A DNA stretch of 64,000 nt, from assembly GCA_041394985.1 (NCBI GenBank), contig JAWLBI010000001.1:4292855-4356854 (forward strand), written 5' to 3'. The stretch is from Candidatus Zixiibacteriota bacterium (GTDB taxonomy: Bacteria > Zixibacteria > MSB-5A5 > GN15 > JAAZOE01). Every line of letters starts with the position of its first letter. The first letter of the stretch is position 1. Shown here one piece after another: positions 28,309 through 37,461 of this stretch. Made by a program: the position numbers and the translations under genes. The notes under the pieces were generated by a model that ran no database searches, was not told the origin of the DNA, and worked only from the letters and a program-made list of their open reading frames with translations.

Positions 28309-30675
28309 GTGAAAACTACCGCCGGCATTATCAGTATTATCCTGTGTCTTGTCGCAGTACTTTCTGCCAATCCATCCGTGCATATCGAACGTTTCGTTAC
28401 GACAAACCCCTCGGAACCGATAACTCTGGCCATAACGCTCGAAAACCAATCCGGATTCCAAACCGGCGGCTTCGACCTTGTCATAGACGTAGACAATACC
28501 TTCTCTATCGAATCGGTAACGGCCGGAGACATCCTCGGCCTCTGCGAGTGGGAAGCGTTTACTTACGAATTGTTGCCGGATAGCAGCATTCATATCACCG
28601 CAATGGCGGAGACCGCTAATGGCCCCTATCACCCGGACTGTTTTCTCGATACATCCGGAGTATTGGCATATATCACTCTCGAAACCAATGCCAACTTTAC
28701 ATTTTGCGAGTTTTTCCCGATTCGCTGGAAATGGTATGACTGTGGAGATAACGCCTTCAGCTCTCGTCTCGGCGATACGTTATATGTATCAGACGAGGTT
28801 TATGATTACAACGGACATGCCGATATCCCCATCGCCAGGGATACGACATTTCCGACAATATATGGTGCTCCTGAATCCTGCATGCCTCTTCCTCGCGAAA
28901 TTGATTTTTATAACGGCGGCATCTGGGTTGTCATAAATGATTATACGCCGCCTGTCATCGACTGTCAGGATGATACGACTGTTTACAGTGACCCTGGCGT
29001 TTGCGGAGCGGTTGTTGAATTCACTCTTAATGGGTGGGATGACTGCGGCGGCATTGAATTATCCAGTAGTCCGCCGAGCGGCGCGACATTCCAGATTGGC
29101 GAATCACCGGTCTTTTGTCTGGCCCGAGATGCCCTGGGAAATGTCGATACCTGTTGGTTTACGATAACCGTTATCGACACACAGTCCCCGCAAGTCGTCT
29201 GTCCCGCCGACACGATCGTAGCGAGCCGTCCGGGCGCCTGCAGCGCGATTGTTCAATATGTTGCTGATGTTATCGATAACTGCCCGGAAACCTATGCCTG
29301 GTGTAATCCTGCGCCGGGTTACAATTTCCCCATCGGAGAAACGACCGTTCATTGCACGGCGACCGATGCCGCAGGGAATACCGATACCGGCTCATTTACC
29401 GTCACTGTGGTCGACGCTGAGCCACCGACAATTGACTGCCCGGGGGATATCCTGATTAACAACGAAACCGGTTTGTGCGGTGGGTATCTATCATATGAAC
29501 CGACCATTTCGGATAATTGCTCCGGAGTATCATATACGATGACTCCGGCCTCGGGAAGTTACCTAACGATAGGAGAACACCCGGTACAAATCATCGCTGC
29601 GGATGCGGCCGGGCTTGCAGATACCTGCTCGTTCCTGGCCATCGTAGTAGATGCCGAACGCCCAGTCATCACTTGCCCGGATACGATACGAGCGACAGCC
29701 GCAGCCGGTGAATGCGGATCTCTTGTCTCGTTTTCAGCAGACGCCGAAGATAATTGTCAGGGAATCAATTTTATCTATTCTCCTCCGGCGGGTTCATATT
29801 TCCCCGTTGGGACATCTCCTGTTCGGGCTATCGCCGTCGACACCTACGGTAATGCCGACACCTGCATGTTTACGGTCATTGTTGCCGATACCGTCGCTCC
29901 GGTGATAACTGTCCCGGATCTGGCCTATGGCCCGGCCGACAGCGGCCAGTGCGGAGCGGTGATTACATTTGACATCACGGCTGAAGATAATTGTACAGCG
30001 ACGCAAATTACCGCAGAACCGCCATCGGGTTCATATTTCGAAATCGGAGAAACAACCGTTGTGGCCACGGCGTCAGATGCCTTCGGTAACAGCGTGAGCG
30101 ACTCGTTTACCGTATTCGTCTATGATATTCAAAAACCGATTGTGACCTGCCCCGGTGAGACATCACTCCTTAGCGACTCCGGTTATTACGGCGCCTTCCT
30201 GTCATTCGATTTCGATGTGACCGATAACTGCGACAGCGTCTATGCCATCGCCGAGCCTCCTTCCGGGAGCCTCTTCCTTGCCGGAGTGACCGAGGTTCAT
30301 GTTATCGGTATCGATAAAACGAACAATCGCGATACCTGTTCGTTCCTCGTCACCGTGACCCTTGTGGATGCAGACAACGATAGTATTCCTGATTGGGATG
30401 ATAATTGCCCGTTCGATTCGAATCATGATCAGAACGACGCCGACGGTGACGGCATCGGAGATGTCTGTGACTGGCGCCACGGTGATGCCAATGGAGACGA
30501 CTCCTTCAATATCGGCGACGCCGTATTTCTTATCTCGTATATCTTCAAAGGCGGCCCGGCTCCCTTCCCGCTCCTGGCAGGCGATGCCAACTGCGACGGC
30601 AGCGTGAATATCGGTGACGCCGTCTACCTCGTCGATTATATCTTCAACGCAGGCCCCCCTCCTCCCTGCCCATAA
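28309..30675 (+). CDS. secreted protein with six tandem HYR (hyalin-repeat) domains and a C-terminal dockerin-type double EF-hand repeat
   Basis: GTG start with a GGAGAG RBS. Signal peptide. Six ~80-aa repeats, each with C-P...G.CGA.V.F....DNC....SPPSGS.F..G.T.V...A.D..GN.DTC.F.V.V.D. C-terminal DANGDDSFNIGDAVFLISYIF and DANCDGSVNIGDAVYLVDYIF dockerin-like calcium-binding repeats. Confidence 0.7.
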   Translation: MKTTAGIISIILCLVAVLSANPSVHIERFVTTNPSEPITLAITLENQSGFQTGGFDLVIDVDNTFSIESVTAGDILGLCEWEAFTYELLPDSSIHITAMAETANGPYHPDCFLDTSGVLAYITLETNANFTFCEFFPIRWKWYDCGDNAFSSRLGDTLYVSDEVYDYNGHADIPIARDTTFPTIYGAPESCMPLPREIDFYNGGIWVVINDYTPPVIDCQDDTTVYSDPGVCGAVVEFTLNGWDDCGGIELSSSPPSGATFQIGESPVFCLARDALGNVDTCWFTITVIDTQSPQVVCPADTIVASRPGACSAIVQYVADVIDNCPETYAWCNPAPGYNFPIGETTVHCTATDAAGNTDTGSFTVTVVDAEPPTIDCPGDILINNETGLCGGYLSYEPTISDNCSGVSYTMTPASGSYLTIGEHPVQIIAADAAGLADTCSFLAIVVDAERPVITCPDTIRATAAAGECGSLVSFSADAEDNCQGINFIYSPPAGSYFPVGTSPVRAIAVDTYGNADTCMFTVIVADTVAPVITVPDLAYGPADSGQCGAVITFDITAEDNCTATQITAEPPSGSYFEIGETTVVATASDAFGNSVSDSFTVFVYDIQKPIVTCPGETSLLSDSGYYGAFLSFDFDVTDNCDSVYAIAEPPSGSLFLAGVTEVHVIGIDKTNNRDTCSFLVTVTLVDADNDSIPDWDDNCPFDSNHDQNDADGDGIGDVCDWRHGDANGDDSFNIGDAVFLISYIFKGGPAPFPLLAGDANCDGSVNIGDAVYLVDYIFNAGPPPPCP

Positions 30676-30750
30676 TCCGATTCGCCGGCGAAAACATATT
30701 GCGACCGGCTGTCTCCTGTTCGTATTATTAATATAAAGGAGAACAACTCA

Positions 30751-31131
30751 ATGTCGCTTGCGCCGCCCAATTCCAATGTTGCCGTGTTAGGAGCATCCCC
30801 GAAAGAGGAGCGCTATTCATTTAAGGCCGTTCACATGCTCAAGGAGCACGGTCATTCCCCGATACCGGTCCACCCGGCCGGACATGCCGTCGATGGCATT
30901 CCGGGTGTCAAATCCCTCCAGGAAATCGAGGTCGATATCGATACGCTGACCGTGTATGTCAACGAGAAAATATCGAGTGAGCAATTCGATTCCATCATCG
31001 GACTCAAACCGCGGCGGGTTATTTTTAATCCGGGTGCGGAAAACGAGGATCTGGCCGACAAACTCGGGGCTGCCGGTATAGAAGTCGTTCGTGCCTGCAC
31101 ACTGGTTATGCTTCGCACAGGGCAGTTTTAA
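30751..31131 (+). CDS. CoA-binding domain protein (YccU/YneT-like)
   Basis: 126 aa. VAVLGAS...P glycine-rich Rossmann-like start typical of the CoA-binding domain. Confidence 0.6.
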   Translation: MSLAPPNSNVAVLGASPKEERYSFKAVHMLKEHGHSPIPVHPAGHAVDGIPGVKSLQEIEVDIDTLTVYVNEKISSEQFDSIIGLKPRRVIFNPGAENEDLADKLGAAGIEVVRACTLVMLRTGQF

Positions 31132-31163
31132 AAATAAAAAGGCGCACCGTTGTCGGATGCGCC
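31131..31163 (-). terminator. terminator hairpin between convergent genes (serves the flotillin gene)
   Basis: Stem GGCGCA...TGCGCC with an A-tract on the plus-strand side, which gives a T-tract for the minus strand. Confidence 0.5.
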
Positions 31164-31184
31164 TTCAATCAGTGAATATCCGTC

Positions 31185-32816
31185 TTATGATTTGGAGGGC
31201 AAGTTACCTTTATCGGTAGCTTTCTTTGCTGCCATTTCATCTTCATTCAGAGATAAACCTATTTTACCAAGCAGTCCCTTCACATCAATACCGGCCGCCT
31301 CAGCCTGTTCGATGAGCTGGAACAGCATCAGCGGTCCTGTCTTAGCGAAGCGATTCAACGCGCCGGAACCATCCTTACCGGTTCCGCCATTGCCGCCGCT
31401 GTCGACGACGACCAGTTTATCGATATTGCCCATCGGCGCGGAGATGGCGCCGAATACCGTACCGACCGATTCGATCGCCGGCGGCAACGCCTTGACCAAT
31501 TCGAGAATCAACGCCTTATCGTTGAAGTTGCCATAGGCATCGGAAACTTTGAGCAATGCCTCGGCTCGAGCCAAACCCTGTTGTTTGATAACTTCGGCCT
31601 CGGCCAGACCCTGTTCGCGAATCACCTTCGCCTGTGCAAGACCTTTGGCCTCGATCGCCATAGCCTCACCGGTACCTTCCACTTCACGTTTGTGGTTTTC
31701 GGCGTCGGCTCGCGCGATGATATCGTATTTATCACCGTCGGCGCGGGCCAGTTTGGCCTGTTTATACCCTTCGGCCTCCCTGATCTGTGCATCGGCTTTG
31801 GCCTTTGCGGGAACGACGATAACCGCCTCCTGGGCCTTTTGCTCTCTGAGGATGTTTTGCTCTTCCACAGCAATCTGCGCACGAGACTGTTCTTCCTCAA
31901 TCTTGACTTCGGCGACGATAACTTTCTGCCGTTCCTGGGCGGTCGACAGCGGTCCCGCCTGCTCGGTCTTCGCAGCCTCGCGTGCGACTTCGGCGTAGTA
32001 GGTCTGCTTGGCGACATCGGCGTTTTTGCGCGCCTCGGCCATCAACTTTTCGTTGCTCTGCGCAACAACTTCCGCCGCTCGCTCAGCATCGGTCGATTTC
32101 TTCTTCGCTTCCGCCAGCGCCTCGGCCTCACCAATGGATGCGTCTCGTTTGACTTCGGCCGTCTTTGTCTTACCCAGCGCATGGATATACCCCTGCTCGT
32201 CGGTAATCGACTGCGGGTTAAAGACGTCGATCTGCATACCGAGCCGGGTCAGGTCATCGCCGGCCTCGCCGAGAACCTGCTGTCTGAATTTATCGCGGTC
32301 TTTAATAAGCTCGTCAACCGTCAGCGTACCGACGACGCCTCGGAGGTTCGCCTCCAGCGTCTCGCGAGCAGTCGATACGATATTGTCTCGCTGCATACCG
32401 AGGAACCGGGCGCCGGCGGCAAGGAGTGATTCGCCATCATCCTTAAATCGAATATTGGCAACTGCCTCGACCGTGACAAGAACGCCGTCGATGTTCGGCA
32501 TGTTTTCCACGCGAATCTGAGGGAGGGTGATTTCCGACAAATCAAGAAACTGTACTTCCTCGATGATCGGCTTTCGGATGCGACCGCCGCCGGTAACGAC
32601 AACCGTTCCGGGAGGCAGTACTTTCACCTGGTCACCAGTTTCTTGTCTGAGCGTTTGTATTTTGCGATGGCCGCTTCGGGCGCCATAAAAGAAGGCTGCC
32701 TTGTTCGGGGGAACCCGAACATAGAATGCGGACAGGGTTTTGACAAGGACAAAAAAGGCCACGACTATGGCTAAGCCGATAACTGGCCAGGTCAGGTTTT
32801 CTACGAGGAAATCCAT
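31185..32816 (-). CDS. floT: flotillin-like SPFH/band-7 protein
   Basis: N-terminal TM helix, then an SPFH domain. Long Ala/Glu/Lys-rich coiled-coil repeats (EA repeats). 543 aa. Upstream NfeD partner. Confidence 0.85.
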   Translation of the reverse strand: MDFLVENLTWPVIGLAIVVAFFVLVKTLSAFYVRVPPNKAAFFYGARSGHRKIQTLRQETGDQVKVLPPGTVVVTGGGRIRKPIIEEVQFLDLSEITLPQIRVENMPNIDGVLVTVEAVANIRFKDDGESLLAAGARFLGMQRDNIVSTARETLEANLRGVVGTLTVDELIKDRDKFRQQVLGEAGDDLTRLGMQIDVFNPQSITDEQGYIHALGKTKTAEVKRDASIGEAEALAEAKKKSTDAERAAEVVAQSNEKLMAEARKNADVAKQTYYAEVAREAAKTEQAGPLSTAQERQKVIVAEVKIEEEQSRAQIAVEEQNILREQKAQEAVIVVPAKAKADAQIREAEGYKQAKLARADGDKYDIIARADAENHKREVEGTGEAMAIEAKGLAQAKVIREQGLAEAEVIKQQGLARAEALLKVSDAYGNFNDKALILELVKALPPAIESVGTVFGAISAPMGNIDKLVVVDSGGNGGTGKDGSGALNRFAKTGPLMLFQLIEQAEAAGIDVKGLLGKIGLSLNEDEMAAKKATDKGNLPSKS

Positions 32817-32855
32817 CAGTTATACCTCCCTATGGATGTTGCACAACACACTATT

Positions 32856-33377
32856 CTACAGTTTCTGCACTTTCACGGAATTGCCGATTCTGGACACGAT
32901 TTTCACGGGCGTACTTTTCGGGATTGCCTCGCCGTCCTCGACATTCATCGCGACAAATGTCACTTCGCGCCCCTGAATAATACAGGCAACCTGGCCACGG
33001 CCACCGGCCGGAACGGCATCTATGAGTGTGCCGCTGGCGCCGATGATATCCTGATTGCCGATTGTCGAATTGGCCTGGCTCATATACATGGCCCGGATAA
33101 TCAAATATCCGATGATTCCGACGACAATGGCGCCGCCGATGCCGGACATTGAGGCAATGAACATAGTGGCATCCGTGGTCGCTCGAATACCGAACGCCAT
33201 GGCGCCGAAACCGACCATCAACAACGATATCATCTTCAGGCTGAATATGCTCGGTCCATGATCGAAACCATGATCGAAGTCGCCGTCGACATCGGCATCG
33301 ACATCATCGCCTCCGAAAATGAGACTCGATATGAGCAGTAAAAAACCAACGCCGAAAATAGTTGCGAACAGTATCAT
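32856..33377 (-). CDS. NfeD family protein (short form, OB-fold)
   Basis: TM helices plus a C-terminal OB-fold beta-rich segment. Sits immediately upstream of flotillin, like the yuaF-floT arrangement. Confidence 0.65.
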   Translation of the reverse strand: MILFATIFGVGFLLLISSLIFGGDDVDADVDGDFDHGFDHGPSIFSLKMISLLMVGFGAMAFGIRATTDATMFIASMSGIGGAIVVGIIGYLIIRAMYMSQANSTIGNQDIIGASGTLIDAVPAGGRGQVACIIQGREVTFVAMNVEDGEAIPKSTPVKIVSRIGNSVKVQKL

Positions 33378-33603
33378 GGCCTCTACCTCCCGCTAAAAGT
33401 CACTCTCAGGTCATATACCGATGACAGAAACATATATTCAAAAAAACCAGAGACCCCATGGCCGAATTCATATTGAATCTTTGCGCTGTCGAGACACGAG
33501 ATGATCGGCTCACGGGACCGGATTTAGTGTCGCCTGAAAAACATTCATGCTCAGGATAAGAATGTTTAAATATAAAAGGCAATGGCGAAAACCGAGAGAC
33601 CAA

Positions 33604-33617
33604 TTGACCTAAGTCAA
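33604..33617. promoter_or_regulatory. candidate Crp/Fnr-family (HcpR/FNR-like) binding site TTGAC-N4-GTCAA upstream of the octahaem cytochrome operon
   Basis: Perfect 14-bp palindrome TTGACCTAAGTCAA. A -10-like GATATT/ATATTA lies about 30 bp downstream, which is class II spacing. The same palindrome type occurs upstream of hcp. Confidence 0.5.
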
Positions 33618-33814
33618 GGAAATCATCGGGCCCGAAGTCGATATTAGTACCGGTAACCGAGTTCACCTAATTATTGACTTTTTTATTGCGGGAGCCGCCA
33701 ATGCGCAATATCATGAAATACGGGCTGGAATCTTCGACCACATCATCCATGACATGCGCTCATTCACATCAGACTTATATCAATGTTCATGATAGAGATA
33801 AGGGGAGTATAATC

Positions 33815-35140
33815 ATGAAGCGGATGGGTATCCTGGCGAGCCTGTTGCTCGCACTGTTTTTAGTATCGGCGCTTCAGGCCGACAATGCCGAGATTGCCGG
33901 AAAATGTATGACCTGTCACAAGGAGAAATCGCCGGGACTGTACAAACAATGGTATATGTCCGAGCATGCCAATCACAAGGTCACCTGTTATGACTGCCAT
34001 CAGGCTCAGAGCGGCGACGCCGATGCGTTCATGCACGAAGGCGCCCTCATTGCCACACTCGTGACGCCGAAGGACTGCGGTAAGTGTCACCAGAAGGAGA
34101 TGACCGAGGTCAGCAATTCCTACCATGCGACCGCCGGAGAAATCCTGGAATCGGCCGATGCCTATCTGGCCCATGTTGCGGCCGGTGAGCCGGTTGCCAT
34201 TACGGGATGCGAAAACTGCCACGGAGGTAAAATTAAAATCGACCCCGCATCACCGAACAAGTTATCATCGAAATCCTGGCCGAACTCGGGAATCGGTCGC
34301 CTGAATCCGGACGGCTCCAAGGGTTCCTGCAATGCCTGTCACACTCGGCATTCGTTCTCAAAAGCTCAGGCGCGTCAGCCGGAGGCCTGTTCCAAATGTC
34401 ACCTCGGTCCGGACCATCCGCAAAAAGAGGTCTATGAGGAGTCCAAACACGGTAATGCCTACTATACACATATTGACCAGATGAATCTTAAATCCGACTC
34501 TTGGGTCGTCGGCGTCGACTATTTCGAGGCCCCGACCTGCGCCACCTGTCATATGTCGGCAACGACTCAATCCGGTGTGACGCATGATGTCGGCAATCGC
34601 ATCTCCTGGACGCTCCGTCCGCCGATTTCCAAGCATAAGGAAAACTGGCAGGAAAAACGCAATAATATGAAGATGGTGTGCACATCCTGTCACGGCCAGA
34701 CATTCGCTGATGGCCATTACTATCAATTCGACGCTGTCGTCGAACTGTATAATGAGAAATTCGCCAAACCGGCTACCGAGATGATGAAGATTATCCGCGA
34801 TAATAAGCTCATGGAAAACCCGGCCAGTTTCAGCAACAAGGTCGAATGGACCTACTGGGAGCTGTGGCACCATGAAGGTCGCCGCGCCCGCCACGGCGCT
34901 GCAATGATGGGACCGGACTATACCTGGTGGCACGGTCTGTATGAAGTCGCCCAGCATTTCTATTTCAAGATGATTCCCGAGGCGCGCGAGTTCAACAATC
35001 CCGAACTGAACGCCTACATCGATAAAGTACTCGCCGATCCTATGCACGAATGGATGAGCACCGACACCAATTCACTCAAGGAAGCCATCCGTTCCGGAAA
35101 GATGCAAAAAGTGTACGAAGAGATGTTCGACAAAAAATAG
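33815..35140 (+). CDS. octahaem c-type cytochrome (HAO/OTR/ONR superfamily-like), secreted
   Basis: Likely start ATG 33815 (RBS AGGGGAG), then signal peptide MKRMGILASLLLALFLVSALQA. Eight CxxCH motifs (CMTCH, CYDCH, CGKCH, CENCH, CNACH, CSKCH, CATCH, CTSCH) in about 440 aa. Confidence 0.75.
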   Translation: MKRMGILASLLLALFLVSALQADNAEIAGKCMTCHKEKSPGLYKQWYMSEHANHKVTCYDCHQAQSGDADAFMHEGALIATLVTPKDCGKCHQKEMTEVSNSYHATAGEILESADAYLAHVAAGEPVAITGCENCHGGKIKIDPASPNKLSSKSWPNSGIGRLNPDGSKGSCNACHTRHSFSKAQARQPEACSKCHLGPDHPQKEVYEESKHGNAYYTHIDQMNLKSDSWVVGVDYFEAPTCATCHMSATTQSGVTHDVGNRISWTLRPPISKHKENWQEKRNNMKMVCTSCHGQTFADGHYYQFDAVVELYNEKFAKPATEMMKIIRDNKLMENPASFSNKVEWTYWELWHHEGRRARHGAAMMGPDYTWWHGLYEVAQHFYFKMIPEAREFNNPELNAYIDKVLADPMHEWMSTDTNSLKEAIRSGKMQKVYEEMFDKK

Positions 35141-35149
35141 GGGTCGACC

Positions 35150-36643
35150 GTGCTTGATAAATATATCAATTTCGTTCGCGGCGTTTCGGTGAACATTGTG
35201 GGAAAGATTGGGGTCGTCCTGACGACCTCGTCTTTTTTCACGTTCGTCCTGCTGGAAGTCGCCCGCATAGCGGGGCTTCTGACCAACGCCTATATCGGGC
35301 TGATAACCTATCTCCTCCTGCCGGCCCTGTTTATCATCGGACTATTGCTTATCCCAATTGGCTGGCGGATGTGGAAAAAACAGACCGGGAAAACGACTCA
35401 ACAATTGCTTTCTGAGCGGTTCGATGATACCGACATCAAGGGTGGGCTGTTCGGTTCCCGATTATTTCTGTCGGTTGGCATATTCACGGTTATCAATATT
35501 ATCTTTCTCGTCGGCGCCAGTTCACGAATGCTCACCTTTATGGACGGCCCGGAATTCTGCGGTACGGCCTGTCACACCGTTATGAATCCTGAATGGGTGA
35601 CCTATCAGCAATCTCCCCATGCGCGCGTCGATTGCGTCGATTGCCATGTCGGCGAGGGAGTCGATGCCCTGATTAACAGTAAACTCAACGGCACCTGGCA
35701 GATGATTTCGGTGACGTTCGATTTGCTGGACCGCCCCATTCCGACGCCGGTGCACCAACTTCGGCCCGCTCGAGAGACATGTGAAAAATGCCACTGGCCG
35801 GACAAATTCTATGGGAGCCGCCTGAAAACGATTACGCACTATGACTCTGACGAACAGTCCACCCGTAAGTTTACGACCCTGAACCTCAAAATCGATGCCG
35901 GGACCGGCGCCAAAAAATCCGGCATTCACTGGCACGTCGCGGCAGAAAACCTTGTTCGCTACGCCTCGGTCGATGATGAGCGCAAGGAAATGATCTGGGT
36001 CGAGGTTTTAGAGCCTGACTGGTCATTCAAGAGATATACCAACAGGCGCCTTAAGGATGTCGATCCTTCGCACGAGAGTATCCGGGTTCTCGATTGCGTC
36101 GACTGCCACAACAGAGCAACCCATATTTATGAGTACCCATCCGATGCTATTGACAGCCGTATTGCGGCAGAGATGATCGACCATTCTCTACCCTATATCA
36201 AGCGCGAGGCGCTCAAGGCGGTATCGGCCCACTATGTCGATACGGCGGCCGCTCGTGAGGGCATCGCCAATAGTATCGCCTCTTTTTATCGTACAACATA
36301 TCCCGAGGTCGCACGCTCTAAGTTCGATGCCATCGATAAATCCATTGCGGCTGCGCAGGCGGTGTATGCCCGAAACATTCATCCGTATATGAATATCACC
36401 TGGGGAAGTTATCCGAACTTTCTGGGACATCGTGGCAATTCCGGTTGTTTCCGCTGTCATAATGATAACATGGTCGATGATGCGGGAACTCCGATTTCGT
36501 CGGACTGCGCACTCTGCCATTCGATTCTGGCCTACGGCAGCGAGCAGGCATTCGAATATCTCAATCCAGCCGACACGGCCTCGAAGGACTACCTGATGCA
36601 CGAATACTTGCGGCAGGAATTTCTGGATTATATTAAGAAGTAA
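35150..36643 (+). CDS. membrane-anchored hexahaem c-type cytochrome (putative quinol-oxidising partner)
   Basis: Two N-terminal TM helices, then six CxxCH motifs (CGTACH, CVDCH, CEKCH, CVDCH, CFRCH, CALCH). Starts 10 bp after the octahaem gene. Confidence 0.7.
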   Translation: MLDKYINFVRGVSVNIVGKIGVVLTTSSFFTFVLLEVARIAGLLTNAYIGLITYLLLPALFIIGLLLIPIGWRMWKKQTGKTTQQLLSERFDDTDIKGGLFGSRLFLSVGIFTVINIIFLVGASSRMLTFMDGPEFCGTACHTVMNPEWVTYQQSPHARVDCVDCHVGEGVDALINSKLNGTWQMISVTFDLLDRPIPTPVHQLRPARETCEKCHWPDKFYGSRLKTITHYDSDEQSTRKFTTLNLKIDAGTGAKKSGIHWHVAAENLVRYASVDDERKEMIWVEVLEPDWSFKRYTNRRLKDVDPSHESIRVLDCVDCHNRATHIYEYPSDAIDSRIAAEMIDHSLPYIKREALKAVSAHYVDTAAAREGIANSIASFYRTTYPEVARSKFDAIDKSIAAAQAVYARNIHPYMNITWGSYPNFLGHRGNSGCFRCHNDNMVDDAGTPISSDCALCHSILAYGSEQAFEYLNPADTASKDYLMHEYLRQEFLDYIKK

Positions 36644-36658
36644 ATTCCGGAAGACCAT

Positions 36659-36692
36659 AAGGCAGATTTTTCCAAAAATCTGCCTTTTCTAT
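36659..36692. terminator. bidirectional terminator hairpin between convergent cytochrome and L,D-transpeptidase genes
   Basis: GGCAGATTTTT...AAAAATCTGCC stem followed by TTTTCT. Confidence 0.6.
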
Positions 36693-37447
36693 TCACTTAT
36701 TTCGTAAGAACCATCTGCATTGATACGAACATCCGGCAGCCGGTGTGTCGTCTCGAAATGATTATAAATCGGCAACAATTCATCCCAGAATGATTTCAGT
36801 CCCACATTGTCTTTGGAGAATCCTGCCATCATGTCGATTTTGGTACTGTCGGTCATACGGCAGGGGAACATATGAACCGGAATCGTTTTCTGCCCATTGC
36901 TTTTGGCATCGACAACAATAAGGTACAATTCCTTGATCGCATTATTGCCGATCGGGATACAGCCTATTGTCACCCTGTTTCCATGAATAAAGATATCTCC
37001 CCCGGGATCGGCGCCGGACTTTCGTATTCTGTCCGACTTGTTCGGATAATCGACGCTGAACGACAAGTGATAACTGCTCGCCGGATTGAACCGGTCAATC
37101 GAATAAACCCCTTCCGGGATTTGCAGATCTCCCTGCCTGCGTTTCGGACCGAGTGTTCCGGAAAATGCCGTGAAGGGATATGCCTTTATCAATCGGAACG
37201 TATCGGCCGAATCGCTTTTTGCCCATAATTCCAGAGATTTCTCGAACTTCAGCGCTCGAATAAAAATCTCGGCCGGCGGATAGGCAACACCGGCCGAGTC
37301 AAATATCTGTTTGATGGATGATTCTTTTTCGGCTCTGGCTTGTCGCACTCGGGGAAATTTCTGTTGCGATTCGGCGAAGTTTTCGGCAAGTGACAATCCC
37401 GCCAATCCAAGAAGGCACAAACCGAAAACAGCAATTATCCGAAACAC
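36689..37447 (-). CDS. L,D-transpeptidase (YkuD) family protein, secreted
   Basis: Signal peptide. C-terminal IHGN...GCIPIGNNAIKELY resembles the YkuD HG...GC(I)..N..I.EL catalytic motif. Confidence 0.5.
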   Translation of the reverse strand: MFRIIAVFGLCLLGLAGLSLAENFAESQQKFPRVRQARAEKESSIKQIFDSAGVAYPPAEIFIRALKFEKSLELWAKSDSADTFRLIKAYPFTAFSGTLGPKRRQGDLQIPEGVYSIDRFNPASSYHLSFSVDYPNKSDRIRKSGADPGGDIFIHGNRVTIGCIPIGNNAIKELYLIVVDAKSNGQKTIPVHMFPCRMTDSTKIDMMAGFSKDNVGLKSFWDELLPIYNHFETTHRLPDVRINADGSYEISE

Positions 37448-37461
37448 GATACCCCTTAGTG

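Noticed and set aside
28309-30675. T9SS-type C-terminal sorting domain on the HYR protein
   Set aside because: The C-terminus shows a duplicated Dx[ND]xDxxxNxxDxxxLxxYIF calcium-loop pattern characteristic of dockerin, not the beta-sandwich T9SS CTD.
31549-32520. Several long ORFs (149-282 aa) on the plus strand inside the flotillin gene
   Set aside because: They are antisense to a well-supported flotillin CDS. They are low-complexity Ala/Arg/Ser-rich translations produced by the GC-rich Ala/Glu/Lys coiled-coil codons. They have no RBS or motifs.
34358-35047. 229-aa minus-strand ORF inside the octahaem cytochrome gene
   Set aside because: It is antisense to a CDS carrying eight CxxCH motifs. 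No motif content.
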